NCBI GenBank assembly: GCA_020434345.1
Contig: JAGRAZ010000001.1
Location: forward strand, 3,763 to 67,762
Direction: 5' to 3'
Origin: Bdellovibrionales bacterium
Lineage (GTDB): Bacteria > Bdellovibrionota_G > JALEGL01 > JAGRMV01
Length of the DNA: 64,000 nucleotides
Shown here: one piece after another, positions 49,840 to 58,571 of the stretch
Layout of the letters: every line of letters starts with the position of its first letter
Position numbering within the stretch: position 1 is the stretch's first letter
The notes under the pieces: model-generated
What the model was told of the DNA's origin: nothing
What the model saw: the letters and a program-made list of their open reading frames with translations, nothing else
Databases searched by the model: none
Program-made: the position numbers and the translations under genes

Positions 49840-50763
49840 TTGTTGAATTTTTCAAGGTTTATGGAGTACAGACAACACACATATCGCTTGCTTGTTCTAT
49901 GCGCTATTTTTGGCGTGGGTGCTTGCCAATCAAAAGGGACTGACCAGTCCAATGCATCTCAAAATACCGACAAACCTATACCCGGAATCGTCAAATTAAC
50001 GCACGAAGAACCGGACGACACGAAGAAAAAGGAGCAATGCAAATGCGGCGGTACGCTCCAAGATGTATCATCTGAACAACTTCAAGGGCTTACCTTTCCA
50101 CTCATCGGAATCACACTTGCCCCATCCTATCTTTCATTTTCAAATGACCCTTCGCCTCGCGGACTTTTTGTTGAAGGACCCGGCGTACAAGAAATTCCTT
50201 CAGATCAGGAGCTAGAATTTCCTGACGATATCCAAATTCAAACAAATACATCTTGCAATATCGGCATTTACACAGCCTTCCCCAAAGAAGAAGTTCGGCA
50301 ACAGTTAATGAGTTGTGGGCCAGATTCCACCAGCACGTGCAATCTAGACCCTGTAAGCCAAACAATGGTTAACATCAAAACGCTACTTCCATTTACTGAA
50401 CAACCACACCTTAATTGTACTTGGAACGAGGAAGTCTCACAAAAATGGAACATCTACGCGCTTACAAAAGAAGGACACTTTGCCAATGTAAGCTCTTCAA
50501 AAAGCTTTGGCTTATTCACACTCGACACCAAAACACTTCAGGCTACACTTACAATTGATTTTGTGATTGGGTCTGAGCAAACATTACAAGCAAATGATTT
50601 CAGCGTAAGCGAGCCAATTACCTTTGAAGACAAAGATACATTAACCAAAGCTCGAATAAGTACATACAGTGAAGACGGAAAAAAAATTACGCACATTGCA
50701 GGCACACTCTCTCAAGACAAGCAAACTTGGGTGATCATTGGCATACCCTCAGCCGCGTTATAA
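49840..50763 (+). CDS. Lipoprotein, unknown function.
   Basis: LVLCAIFGVGACQSKG is a lipobox. No family recognised. Confidence 0.4.
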   Translation: MLNFSRFMEYRQHTYRLLVLCAIFGVGACQSKGTDQSNASQNTDKPIPGIVKLTHEEPDDTKKKEQCKCGGTLQDVSSEQLQGLTFPLIGITLAPSYLSFSNDPSPRGLFVEGPGVQEIPSDQELEFPDDIQIQTNTSCNIGIYTAFPKEEVRQQLMSCGPDSTSTCNLDPVSQTMVNIKTLLPFTEQPHLNCTWNEEVSQKWNIYALTKEGHFANVSSSKSFGLFTLDTKTLQATLTIDFVIGSEQTLQANDFSVSEPITFEDKDTLTKARISTYSEDGKKITHIAGTLSQDKQTWVIIGIPSAAL

Positions 50764-50768
50764 ATTCT

Positions 50769-52091
50769 CTATTTTTGACGAAACTTAACATCAATCGGAA
50801 CACCCCGAAGACCAAAGTAGTCGGTTAGTGCATTGATCCAATACTTTTTATATGAATCTGTTATCAATTTGGGTTGATTGCATTTGAGTTTAAAGACCGG
50901 AGATTGCTTGTTTCGCAGATCAACAGTTAATCGCTTCAATTGCAGAAAATGCCCCTGCTTTCCAACTTGATGATGATAGCTAGAAATTGCTTTATATGCC
51001 TGTACCAAATCCTGTTCATCAAAACCTTGAAATATCTTTTGATGCAAATGTTTTGCTTGAACAAATATTTTATGAAGCCCTGTTTTGTTTTTTGCTGAGA
51101 TAAAAAACACATCTACAAACGATAAAAACGCTGCCTTGTGATAAAGATCAAGACGAAACTCGTTTTTAACTTGATCACTTTTTTCACACAAATCCCATTT
51201 GTTTACAAAAATACTACAAGCTTTATTATTTTTGATAATTTGTGCTGCAATTTTTTCTTCCTGTGTCGTTAAGCCTTCGGGCCCTGAAATCACCAGCATC
51301 ACAACATCTGCGCGATCTATAGCCTCCATTGCTCGCTTGACACTGAAATACTCAACATCATCTTGAACTTTTCGTTTGTACCGCATCCCCGCAGTATCTA
51401 AAAAGACATATTTCTGACCTTCATGCTCAAATTCTATATCTACAGCATCTCGTGTTGTCCCTGCGATTTCTGACACTGCCAATCTTTCTTGATCAATAAT
51501 GGCATTGATCAAAGAAGATTTACCTACATTGGGTCGTCCAACGATTGCAATATGAATGGCATCACTTGAGGGCGTTGGCGGTTGTTCTACAGTTTCTTCA
51601 GAAATATGTGCAACAATTTGCTCTTGAAGTGCTTCCATGCCCAGTCCATGCTCAGCAGAGACTTCAACATGATTTTTCAAACCTAGCTTATGAAACTCCC
51701 AAGAGGCATTTTGTTTTTGCCCGGGATCGACTTTATTTAACACAAGAATAGTTGGTTTATTGAGCTTACGTAAAATTTTTGAGAGCCTTTCGTCTTCCGA
51801 ATGAAGACCTTTTTTTACGTCTACAACCCATAGCAATACTTTTGCTTCATCAACGGCTTTTTGAATTTGTGAAGTTGTTTCGCGATCAATGATATCCTTA
51901 CTATCAAACGCAAATCCACCTGTGTCAATCAAGGTAAAAGTTTTCCCCAAACAAGTAATATCTTCCTGTATACGATCTCTGGTTACACCAGGGCGGTCAT
52001 ATACAATCGCCTTTCTGTACCCTACAAACCGATTAAACAGCGTTGATTTACCTACGTTAGGTCGTCCTACAATAACTACTTTGTCATTCAT
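50769..52091 (-). CDS. der: Ribosome-associated GTPase Der/EngA.
   Basis: Two G domains, VVIVGRPNVGKSTLFN and IAIVGRPNVGKSSLIN, plus a KH-like C-terminus. Confidence 0.9.
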   Translation of the reverse strand: MNDKVVIVGRPNVGKSTLFNRFVGYRKAIVYDRPGVTRDRIQEDITCLGKTFTLIDTGGFAFDSKDIIDRETTSQIQKAVDEAKVLLWVVDVKKGLHSEDERLSKILRKLNKPTILVLNKVDPGQKQNASWEFHKLGLKNHVEVSAEHGLGMEALQEQIVAHISEETVEQPPTPSSDAIHIAIVGRPNVGKSSLINAIIDQERLAVSEIAGTTRDAVDIEFEHEGQKYVFLDTAGMRYKRKVQDDVEYFSVKRAMEAIDRADVVMLVISGPEGLTTQEEKIAAQIIKNNKACSIFVNKWDLCEKSDQVKNEFRLDLYHKAAFLSFVDVFFISAKNKTGLHKIFVQAKHLHQKIFQGFDEQDLVQAYKAISSYHHQVGKQGHFLQLKRLTVDLRNKQSPVFKLKCNQPKLITDSYKKYWINALTDYFGLRGVPIDVKFRQK

Positions 52092-52795
52092 ACACTTTCT
52101 CGTTCTTGAATTTTAAGAAGCGCTTGATGAGCTGCACTCTGCTCGGAGTCTTTTTTTGAGCGTCCTTGCCCCTTACCCATAAGTTCATCTTTAATAATCA
52201 CTTGTGTTTCAAAAAGTTTGAAATGATCAGGTCCCTTTTGATTTACAAGAATATATCTTGGCGTACACTTAAATTCCTTTAGCGTATATTCCTGTAATTT
52301 AGATTTGTAATCCAATACATCAACATACTTTTGCACCTGATCGATCCATGATTCCATATTGAACAAAACAAATTTCTGTGCACATGCAAAACCATTGGAT
52401 AAATAAATGGCACCTATTAACGCTTCAAATGCATTGGCCATGATCGATGTTTTCTTTCTACCAGCGTTTTTTTCTTCGCCCTTACCAAGAAACAAATACT
52501 GATTGATATCCATTGATAGCGCAACTTTACCCAAAACCCTTTCGTTAACTAGACTTGAACGGTATTTCGACAAAACCCCTTCTTTTTCTTCTGGATATCT
52601 TCTCATCAATTCACTACTTACAACCAAACCCAGTACCGAGTCTCCCAAAAACTCTAATCTTTCATTGTCCGTACCAACACCTTCTTCAGATTCATTGATA
52701 AATGATCGATGTGTCAGCGCAATAAAAATATGTTCTGGATGCGTAAGTTTCTCTCCAATCATGCTTTCAATATGTGTGATAAAATTTTCCATCAC
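52088..52795 (-). CDS. rnc: Ribonuclease III.
   Basis: ERLEFLGDSVLGLVVS is the RNase III signature. The C-terminus is a dsRBD. Confidence 0.9.
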   Translation of the reverse strand: MMENFITHIESMIGEKLTHPEHIFIALTHRSFINESEEGVGTDNERLEFLGDSVLGLVVSSELMRRYPEEKEGVLSKYRSSLVNERVLGKVALSMDINQYLFLGKGEEKNAGRKKTSIMANAFEALIGAIYLSNGFACAQKFVLFNMESWIDQVQKYVDVLDYKSKLQEYTLKEFKCTPRYILVNQKGPDHFKLFETQVIIKDELMGKGQGRSKKDSEQSAAHQALLKIQERESV

Positions 52796-54066
52796 AAAAC
52801 TCTTCCTACAAAGTAAGGATCGTCTTTGGTGTCAAATGCCATGGACGCCAAGTTAACTTCTATCTCCTTGGCCATCAGTCGATCATCACCCTTAAATCGA
52901 ACACTAATCCAATGCGGAGAAACTCCCTTGAGATATCCATCCTCAGTTCTTTTCTTTTCAACAATGACGGTTGTATTTTTTTGATCAAATCCTGATAAAA
53001 AATGCATTTTCTTCTTTTTAGATAATGCCAGCAAGCGCTGAACGCGTTCTTTTTTCTCTTCTGGAGATACTGTTTCTTCAAAACTTGCCGACTTTGTTCC
53101 AGGTCTGCTTGAATAAGGAAAAACATGCAAATACGAAAGCGGAAGATTTTGAATAAACGAGAAAGTCTCTTCAAAGTCATCCTTTGTCTCTCCCGGGAAA
53201 CCAACAATCACATCTGTACCAATACTAACAGCATCATTTGTCGCATGAAGCTTTTTAATTCGCTCTTGGTAATGCTTTGTTTTGTACTTTCTGTTCATGG
53301 CTTTTAAAATTTTGTCACATCCGCTTTGGAGTGGAATATGAAAATGAGGTCTGATCGTTGGGATTTGTTTAACTGCTTTAATAAAATCAGGGGTTACACC
53401 CACAGGTTCTAAAGAACTCACACGAATCCAAAGTTTTGGAAAAGTTTGATAAATTGCATAAAGCAAATCTGACAAACGTTTTCTTTCTGTAAAATCTCGG
53501 CCATACCCAGCAATATGCGTACCTGTAACAATAATTTCTTGATGCCCTTCTTCTACAAAAGATGCGACCTGCTTGATGATATGATCCATTTGTATAGAAC
53601 GGCTTTTGCCACGCACGTACGGTAAAATGCAGTAGGTACAGTAGGCTTGACATCCATCTTGAATTTTTACGTTGGCACGCGTTCTATGTGTAGTAACAAT
53701 AGGAAGTGTAAGACTTGTTCTTGCTTTGGCCCAACCAATTTTGGAAGGCATCTGCAATTGATCTTTCATATCAACAATGACATCAATCTCTTGCATGGAA
53801 GCAAGCTGATGATCTTTTTGCTGTGTATAACACCCAGTCACTACAATTTGTGCTTGAGGGTGTTCTTTTTTAAGCTTTCGAATGAGTTGATTGGCTTGTT
53901 TATCTGCACTTTCAGTCACTGTACAAGTATTTACAACAATTGTATCTGGAGATTTTTGACGTGCGTGATCAACAACAGCCCCGCTGTTTTCTAAAACAGC
54001 TTCGAGCTGTGTTGTATCAAAGTAGTTTACTTTGCATCCAAACGTATAGGTATGCACATTTTTCAT
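52792..54066 (-). CDS. MiaB/RimO-family radical-SAM methylthiotransferase (MtaB-like).
   Basis: N-terminal MKNVHTYTFGCKVNYFDT (MTTase N-domain Cys). A radical-SAM CxxxCxxC is implied by CQAYCTYCILP. C-terminal TRAM domain. The track's TTG-initiated N-terminal extension is rejected. Confidence 0.8.
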   Translation of the reverse strand: MKNVHTYTFGCKVNYFDTTQLEAVLENSGAVVDHARQKSPDTIVVNTCTVTESADKQANQLIRKLKKEHPQAQIVVTGCYTQQKDHQLASMQEIDVIVDMKDQLQMPSKIGWAKARTSLTLPIVTTHRTRANVKIQDGCQAYCTYCILPYVRGKSRSIQMDHIIKQVASFVEEGHQEIIVTGTHIAGYGRDFTERKRLSDLLYAIYQTFPKLWIRVSSLEPVGVTPDFIKAVKQIPTIRPHFHIPLQSGCDKILKAMNRKYKTKHYQERIKKLHATNDAVSIGTDVIVGFPGETKDDFEETFSFIQNLPLSYLHVFPYSSRPGTKSASFEETVSPEEKKERVQRLLALSKKKKMHFLSGFDQKNTTVIVEKKRTEDGYLKGVSPHWISVRFKGDDRLMAKEIEVNLASMAFDTKDDPYFVGRVL

Positions 54067-54162
54067 GACATTTCTTTTTTTAAAGGGGAAGTTCAAGGAA
54101 GGTGGGGGCCCATTGCATCCAAGAGGGACCTCATCTCCACTGAAATTTCATCTCTTGTAAGG

Positions 54163-54192
54163 CTTATACATGGAAGGCGCTACCTTCGTCAA
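54163..54192 (-). promoter_or_regulatory. Candidate sigma70-type promoter for the MtaB-like gene (TTGACG, 18-nt spacer, TATAAG).
   Basis: Read on the minus strand: ttgacg aaggtagcgccttccatg tataag. Confidence 0.3.
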
Positions 54193-54242
54193 TAGCCATT
54201 GATACTTGTTAAACCACCCTTCCTGAGATACACGAGATACCT

Positions 54243-54779
54243 ATGAAGATTGGTTTTTTTGGCGGTACATTCAACCCTCCTCATTTGGGGCACCTGCTTG
54301 CTGCAACATATGCGCTAAAAACCTTTGATTTAGATCAGGTATGGTTTGCGCCCGTTTTTCATCACCCTTTTGGCAAGCATAGCATTCCTTTTGAACATCG
54401 TCTGGCCATGTGCAAGCTGTTAATTGCCGAGCTCTCTCCTCCATTTCTTGTGACGGATATTGAAAAAGAGATAGCGCATGAAGGCAAAACGTATTTTACA
54501 TTAAAAGAGCTTCAAAAACGCTTTCCAGAAAACACATTCAGCTTGGTGATTGGATCGGACCTACAGGAACAAATTAAAAAATGGAGCCACTATAACGAAT
54601 TGCAAGAAGAGTTTACCATTCACTTTGTACCGCGCGGTGAAAAGGACAATCCAACTTCTATTCCCAACATTTCAAGTACGAACGTACGTGCTGATGCATA
54701 CGATACTGAAATTATCAAAAATGTTGTAACACCTGAAATCCATGCATACATGGAAAAGAATAAATTTTACGACAAATAA
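54243..54779 (+). CDS. nadD: Nicotinate-nucleotide adenylyltransferase.
   Basis: MKIGFFGGTFNPPHLGHL is the (H/T)xGH motif. Confidence 0.85.
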   Translation: MKIGFFGGTFNPPHLGHLLAATYALKTFDLDQVWFAPVFHHPFGKHSIPFEHRLAMCKLLIAELSPPFLVTDIEKEIAHEGKTYFTLKELQKRFPENTFSLVIGSDLQEQIKKWSHYNELQEEFTIHFVPRGEKDNPTSIPNISSTNVRADAYDTEIIKNVVTPEIHAYMEKNKFYDK

Positions 54780-54780
54780 A

Positions 54781-54816
54781 AAAGGCCGAAAACAATGTCT
54801 TGTTTCCGACCTTTTT
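54781..54816. terminator. Bidirectional rho-independent terminator between the convergent nadD and RRM genes.
   Basis: ggccgaaaacaa-tgtc-ttgtttccgacc is an imperfect hairpin, flanked by an A-run on one side and a T-run on the other. Confidence 0.5.
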
Positions 54817-54838
54817 CTAAACTTTTTTTTATAAAAAG

Positions 54839-55180
54839 TTAGTAACGGTTTCCGCGACCACCGCCACTGCGGTTGCCACCAAAGCCACCACGACCACCAC
54901 GGTTACCACCGCCGAAGCCGCCAGAGCGAGGCTCTTGAGGACGTGCTTCGTTAACTTTTAATGCACGACCTTCAACTTCTTGGCCATTGAATTTTTCAAT
55001 TGCTGTTTTTGCTTCATCATCTGAAGACATTTCAACAAATCCAAAACCTTTGCTACGACCGCTGTCACGATCTGTAATGATTTTTGCAGATGTAACTGTA
55101 CCAGCTTCAGCAAATAAGTTTTGTAATGATGTTTCATCCATCGAAAACGATAGATTACCTACGTAAAGTTTATTACCCAT
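54839..55180 (-). CDS. RRM-domain RNA-binding protein with a Gly/Arg-rich tail.
   Basis: KLYVGNLSF is RNP2. KGFGFVEM is RNP1. C-terminal GGFGGGNRGGRGGFGGNRSGGGRGNRY. An AGGAGG SD is present. Confidence 0.8.
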   Translation of the reverse strand: MGNKLYVGNLSFSMDETSLQNLFAEAGTVTSAKIITDRDSGRSKGFGFVEMSSDDEAKTAIEKFNGQEVEGRALKVNEARPQEPRSGGFGGGNRGGRGGFGGNRSGGGRGNRY

Positions 55181-55383
55181 GATACCTCCTAATTTGACCA
55201 GGGTGTCGTTTTAGAGGACATGAGCACCATGCTCGAAAGACTCATAAAGGACGACTAACTAACTTTCCAGTTTCCGCTTATATCACAACACAAATTCATT
55301 GTCGATGGGACACAAAAACCCCACTTTTAAACTGGCGCTTCCAGCCTATTTTGCTACAAAAGGGGCTTTGAAAGGACATCCCC

Positions 55384-55908
55384 ATGAATACAACCGTACT
55401 CTTTGAAACCCTTCAACAATTTAGCCGTATGCTAACCCATATGTCTGCTTTCATTGAGAAGGCCAACAGCCACATGCAAAAGTTCAAAACCACCAATATC
55501 GACCAAGCCCTTCAATTGCGTCTGGTTGTGGACCAATTCCCTCTTTCAAAACAAATTCAGTCCAGCTGCGATATTGCCAAGCTCTTTGCAGCCCGTTTGA
55601 CTGGCAAAGAAGCCCCAGTGTATCAAGATACAGAAACCACCTATGGACAAATCCAAGAGCGCATTCAGAACACTTTGACCTATCTTAAAACAATTGAAGA
55701 AAAGGACTTCACAGGCTGGGAAGAAAAAACCATCAGCTTTCCATGGATGCCCGGACAGTATCTAAAAGCCAAAGACTATATTGAAAAGCACGCCATCCCG
55801 AATTTCTACTTTCACTTGACCACTGCATATGCAATTCTTCGCGCCAACGGTGTTGAATTGGGCAAAGGCGATTTTCTAGGAGCACTTCCCTTTATTAAGA
55901 ATAACTAA
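55384..55908 (+). CDS. DUF1993-family protein.
   Basis: 174 aa. ...ISFPWMPGQYLKAKDYIEKHAIPNFYFHLTTAYAILRANGVELGKGDFLG matches DUF1993. Confidence 0.65.
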   Translation: MNTTVLFETLQQFSRMLTHMSAFIEKANSHMQKFKTTNIDQALQLRLVVDQFPLSKQIQSSCDIAKLFAARLTGKEAPVYQDTETTYGQIQERIQNTLTYLKTIEEKDFTGWEEKTISFPWMPGQYLKAKDYIEKHAIPNFYFHLTTAYAILRANGVELGKGDFLGALPFIKNN

Positions 55909-55915
55909 AAGCTTT

Positions 55916-56110
55916 TTACTTTTTAGAGAGTTCGCAGGTGTTAATGCCCAACAGTTGGTACGGGGGACACCAACCTATAAGACCAGTTGCAAGGGGCACG
56001 ATACCTAATAAAAACCACATGTTTTTAGGACCAACAAAGGCTAGGCTAATCAACACCAAACCAACACCTACACGAACAGCTCTTTCGATTGGATGAATAT
56101 TTTTTTTCCT
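55916..56110 (-). CDS. DUF2892 (YgaP-like) small membrane protein. No in-frame ATG is present, so this is either a rare or alternative start codon or a 5'-disrupted pseudogene.
   Basis: Hand translation gives ...KKNIHPIERAVRVGVGLVLISLAFVGPKNMWFLLGIVPLATGLIGWCPPYQLLGINTCELSKK*, a close match to the DUF2892 consensus (..DR.iR...G......G...W..LiG..Pl.TG..G.CP.Y.llGinTC). Confidence 0.4.
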   Translation of the reverse strand, partial: RKKNIHPIERAVRVGVGLVLISLAFVGPKNMWFLLGIVPLATGLIGWCPPYQLLGINTCELSKK

Positions 56111-56186
56111 AATGCTTCTCCTTCTATATGAAACGTAAGACTTTCAACAAAAAATGTAAACTTTTTACCACGTTCTATGCAGATCA

Positions 56187-56227
56187 CACTATTACATCTT
56201 GATGCAATTGGAGTACAGACCTAGCAG
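56187..56227. repeat. Direct repeat, copy C1: a remnant copy of the marC 3' end, downstream of the multicopper-oxidase gene.
   Basis: By hand count, 32/41 nt are identical to 58531..58571. On the minus strand it encodes LLGLYSNCIKM* followed by TAG, against VLGLYSNYIKI* TAG at the real marC end. Confidence 0.75.
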
Positions 56228-56246
56228 GGCGCTGCGAATCTTGAAT

Positions 56247-58490
56247 CTAATAGGTTAATGTCATACCTAACCCCCACCCCATATCGCTATCATAATGCGT
56301 TGAAGCAGAAATATATTTGGAAAGAATGTAACGAAACCCAGCCATATATTCCTTGTCAGTATTAAGCATTAGATTCATACGAAGTCTTTTTGAGATGGAT
56401 ATATCTTCTCGTCCCAATTGAAATCGAAGTTTCGCATCTGAATCCAAACGTAAATCTGCCACAAACAGCATGGGCAAAATATACTGTAAACCCATTACGG
56501 CTGTTTTTCGATTGTCTTTGTTACTCTTTTGACCAAACCATGTTTGGCTTTCATCTCCAAAAATATTACCCGGCCCTCCAGGCTTCTTATAATGCAAATC
56601 AAAACCAACATACGGATACCACCACTGCATTTTTCCCAAATAACGACCTAATGTCGTTTCACTCTCATAACCATGCATATCGTGAAATCCCAAATGCCAA
56701 AGCGTACCCATCTTCCAACGAGTATTTGCAAGCATCGCTTCCCCATCACTACCGTTGCTTTCAATTCCGATCGTAGCCATAGCATGAAACATTTGATCTT
56801 CTTTATATAGTTTTTTGAGTGCTGATTCAGGGTTGGGTAAATCTGGATTTGGCGGTGAATCTTCATAGTGAAAGATCCGACCCATGCCACTCATCATGTG
56901 ATACAAAATATGACAATGAAAAAACCAATCGCCTTCAGCATTGGCTGCAAACTCAATAACATCTGTCTCCATGGGCATAATATCAATCACGTTTTTCATA
57001 GGAGAAAAATCTCCATGCTTATTGATCAAACGAAAATCATGACCGTGGAGATGCATAGGATGTCGCATCATTGAATTGTTATAAATTGTTATACGGAGGT
57101 TTTCGCCCTTTTTGATCAGAATTTTTTCGCTTTCAGAAATAGTTCGATTGTTCAGTGTCCAAACATACCGGTTCATATTTCCAGTTAGCTCAAAATGTAG
57201 TTCCCTTACCGAACCAGTTGGCAATACCGTGCTCTCAGGTGAACGCAACATGCCATAATTCAATGTAACAATTTTACCTTTCTCAATTTCAGGATACATC
57301 ACACGATTCATATCCATTTGTTGATTTTGCATTTTCATTTCATGCATTGGTTTCATATTGCCTGATACATCCATCATACCGTTCATCATTTTCATGCCTT
57401 CAAAATATTTAAGTCGTGGAAGATTTTGCGCAAAAACCTTTTGTCCAATCCCCAACCAAAGCGAAGCTGACTTGGTTCGATCCTCAGGCGTGATCAAAAA
57501 TTCAAAACTCTTATTCTCAGGAATTTCTACAATGACATCATAAGTTTCTGAAACGGTTATCAGTAATCGATCCACATCAACTGGAACTACATCATTCCCA
57601 TCAGAAGCAACAACAGTGATTTTTCCACCTGCGTATGTGAGCCAAAAGTTATCTGAAGCGCCCGCATTGATTAAGCGTAGTCTGACGCGATCCCCTGATT
57701 TGAAATCATGATATTGAACTTGATTTTTTCCATTGATGAGAAACGTGTCGTAATACACGTCACTAACATCCATGGCGGACATACGCTTCCATTCATTGAT
57801 TATTTTGGTCCAAAAATGACCATGTCGAATCGCTTCCCAATAACTTTGAGTACTACCTTTCTGAATACCAAACCAATCTGAAGCACTATGCAATCTCCGA
57901 TCAACCTCCTGTGGCTTAACATCCGTCCACTCACTTATTACAACTGGAATAGTAGGGATTGCAGGCTCATCACGCTTAAGTAAAACCATTGCTCCATACA
58001 TACCAATCTGTTCCTGAAGCCTAGAATGACTGTGATACCAATGCGTTCCATGTTGAACGATTGGGAAACGATAGACATGCTCAGAATGTGGAGGAATTGG
58101 TAATTGAGTTAAATTTGGTACGCCATCATAGCGATTTGGTAAAAACAAACCATGCCAATGCAAAGAAGTGTCTTCATCCAAATCATTAAAAACATGGATC
58201 TCAGCCATGTCTCCTTCTGTAAAAGTCAGTGTCGGCATAGGCAATTGGCCATTGACGCCAATAGCTTTTTTCGTTTTGCCAGAAAAGTTCACATTCATTG
58301 GATGAATATGTAAATCGTATCGTACTGTCTTGGGAGAGTTTATATTTGCAACTGTCTTTTGGTCCTCTTGAACTTCTTTGCCAGATTGATTTTGGTGGAT
58401 TGACTGCTGATAATCCAAATACTCTTGGGCACTTATGTTTTGGAAAACAAAGAAAATAATCAAAAAGAATATTCTTATAGCCAACACCAT
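56247..58490 (-). CDS. copA: Multicopper oxidase (CopA/CueO-like) fused to a C-terminal CopB-like outer-membrane domain (the last ~205 aa, encoded at 56247..56865).
   Basis: Signal peptide. Copper-ligand motifs HWHGLFLP, HWYHSH, HPMHLHGH and HCHILYHMMSGMG. A Met-rich segment MKMMNGMMDVSGNMKPMHEMKM. The C-terminal ...LQYILPMLFVADLRLDSDAKLRFQLGREDISISKRLRMNLMLNT...YDSDMGWGLGMTLTY resembles CopB/PcoB. Confidence 0.8.
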   Translation of the reverse strand: MVLAIRIFFLIIFFVFQNISAQEYLDYQQSIHQNQSGKEVQEDQKTVANINSPKTVRYDLHIHPMNVNFSGKTKKAIGVNGQLPMPTLTFTEGDMAEIHVFNDLDEDTSLHWHGLFLPNRYDGVPNLTQLPIPPHSEHVYRFPIVQHGTHWYHSHSRLQEQIGMYGAMVLLKRDEPAIPTIPVVISEWTDVKPQEVDRRLHSASDWFGIQKGSTQSYWEAIRHGHFWTKIINEWKRMSAMDVSDVYYDTFLINGKNQVQYHDFKSGDRVRLRLINAGASDNFWLTYAGGKITVVASDGNDVVPVDVDRLLITVSETYDVIVEIPENKSFEFLITPEDRTKSASLWLGIGQKVFAQNLPRLKYFEGMKMMNGMMDVSGNMKPMHEMKMQNQQMDMNRVMYPEIEKGKIVTLNYGMLRSPESTVLPTGSVRELHFELTGNMNRYVWTLNNRTISESEKILIKKGENLRITIYNNSMMRHPMHLHGHDFRLINKHGDFSPMKNVIDIMPMETDVIEFAANAEGDWFFHCHILYHMMSGMGRIFHYEDSPPNPDLPNPESALKKLYKEDQMFHAMATIGIESNGSDGEAMLANTRWKMGTLWHLGFHDMHGYESETTLGRYLGKMQWWYPYVGFDLHYKKPGGPGNIFGDESQTWFGQKSNKDNRKTAVMGLQYILPMLFVADLRLDSDAKLRFQLGREDISISKRLRMNLMLNTDKEYMAGFRYILSKYISASTHYDSDMGWGLGMTLTY

Positions 58491-58530
58491 CTCTTACCTA
58501 TAAGCAATTTTATGGTTTGTAAAAATTAAA

Positions 58531-58571
58531 CTCTATTATATCTTTATATAGTTGGAATACAGACCTAGTAC
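58531..58571. repeat. Direct repeat, copy C2: the functional 3' end of marC.
   Basis: Partner of 56187..56227. It contains the marC stop (TAA, minus strand, 58536-58538) followed by TAG. Confidence 0.75.

Noticed and set aside
54067-54096. TTG-initiated 10-codon extension of the MtaB-like ORF.
   Set aside because: The conserved MTTase N-terminus begins at the internal ATG (MKNVHTYTFGC).
54097-54235. Possible SRP (4.5S) RNA, because of the GGGCCCCCACC-like end and a long-range closing stem.
   Set aside because: Neither strand contains the conserved domain-IV GGAA tetraloop or the AGCAG asymmetric-loop motifs. Kept only as a generic structured element.
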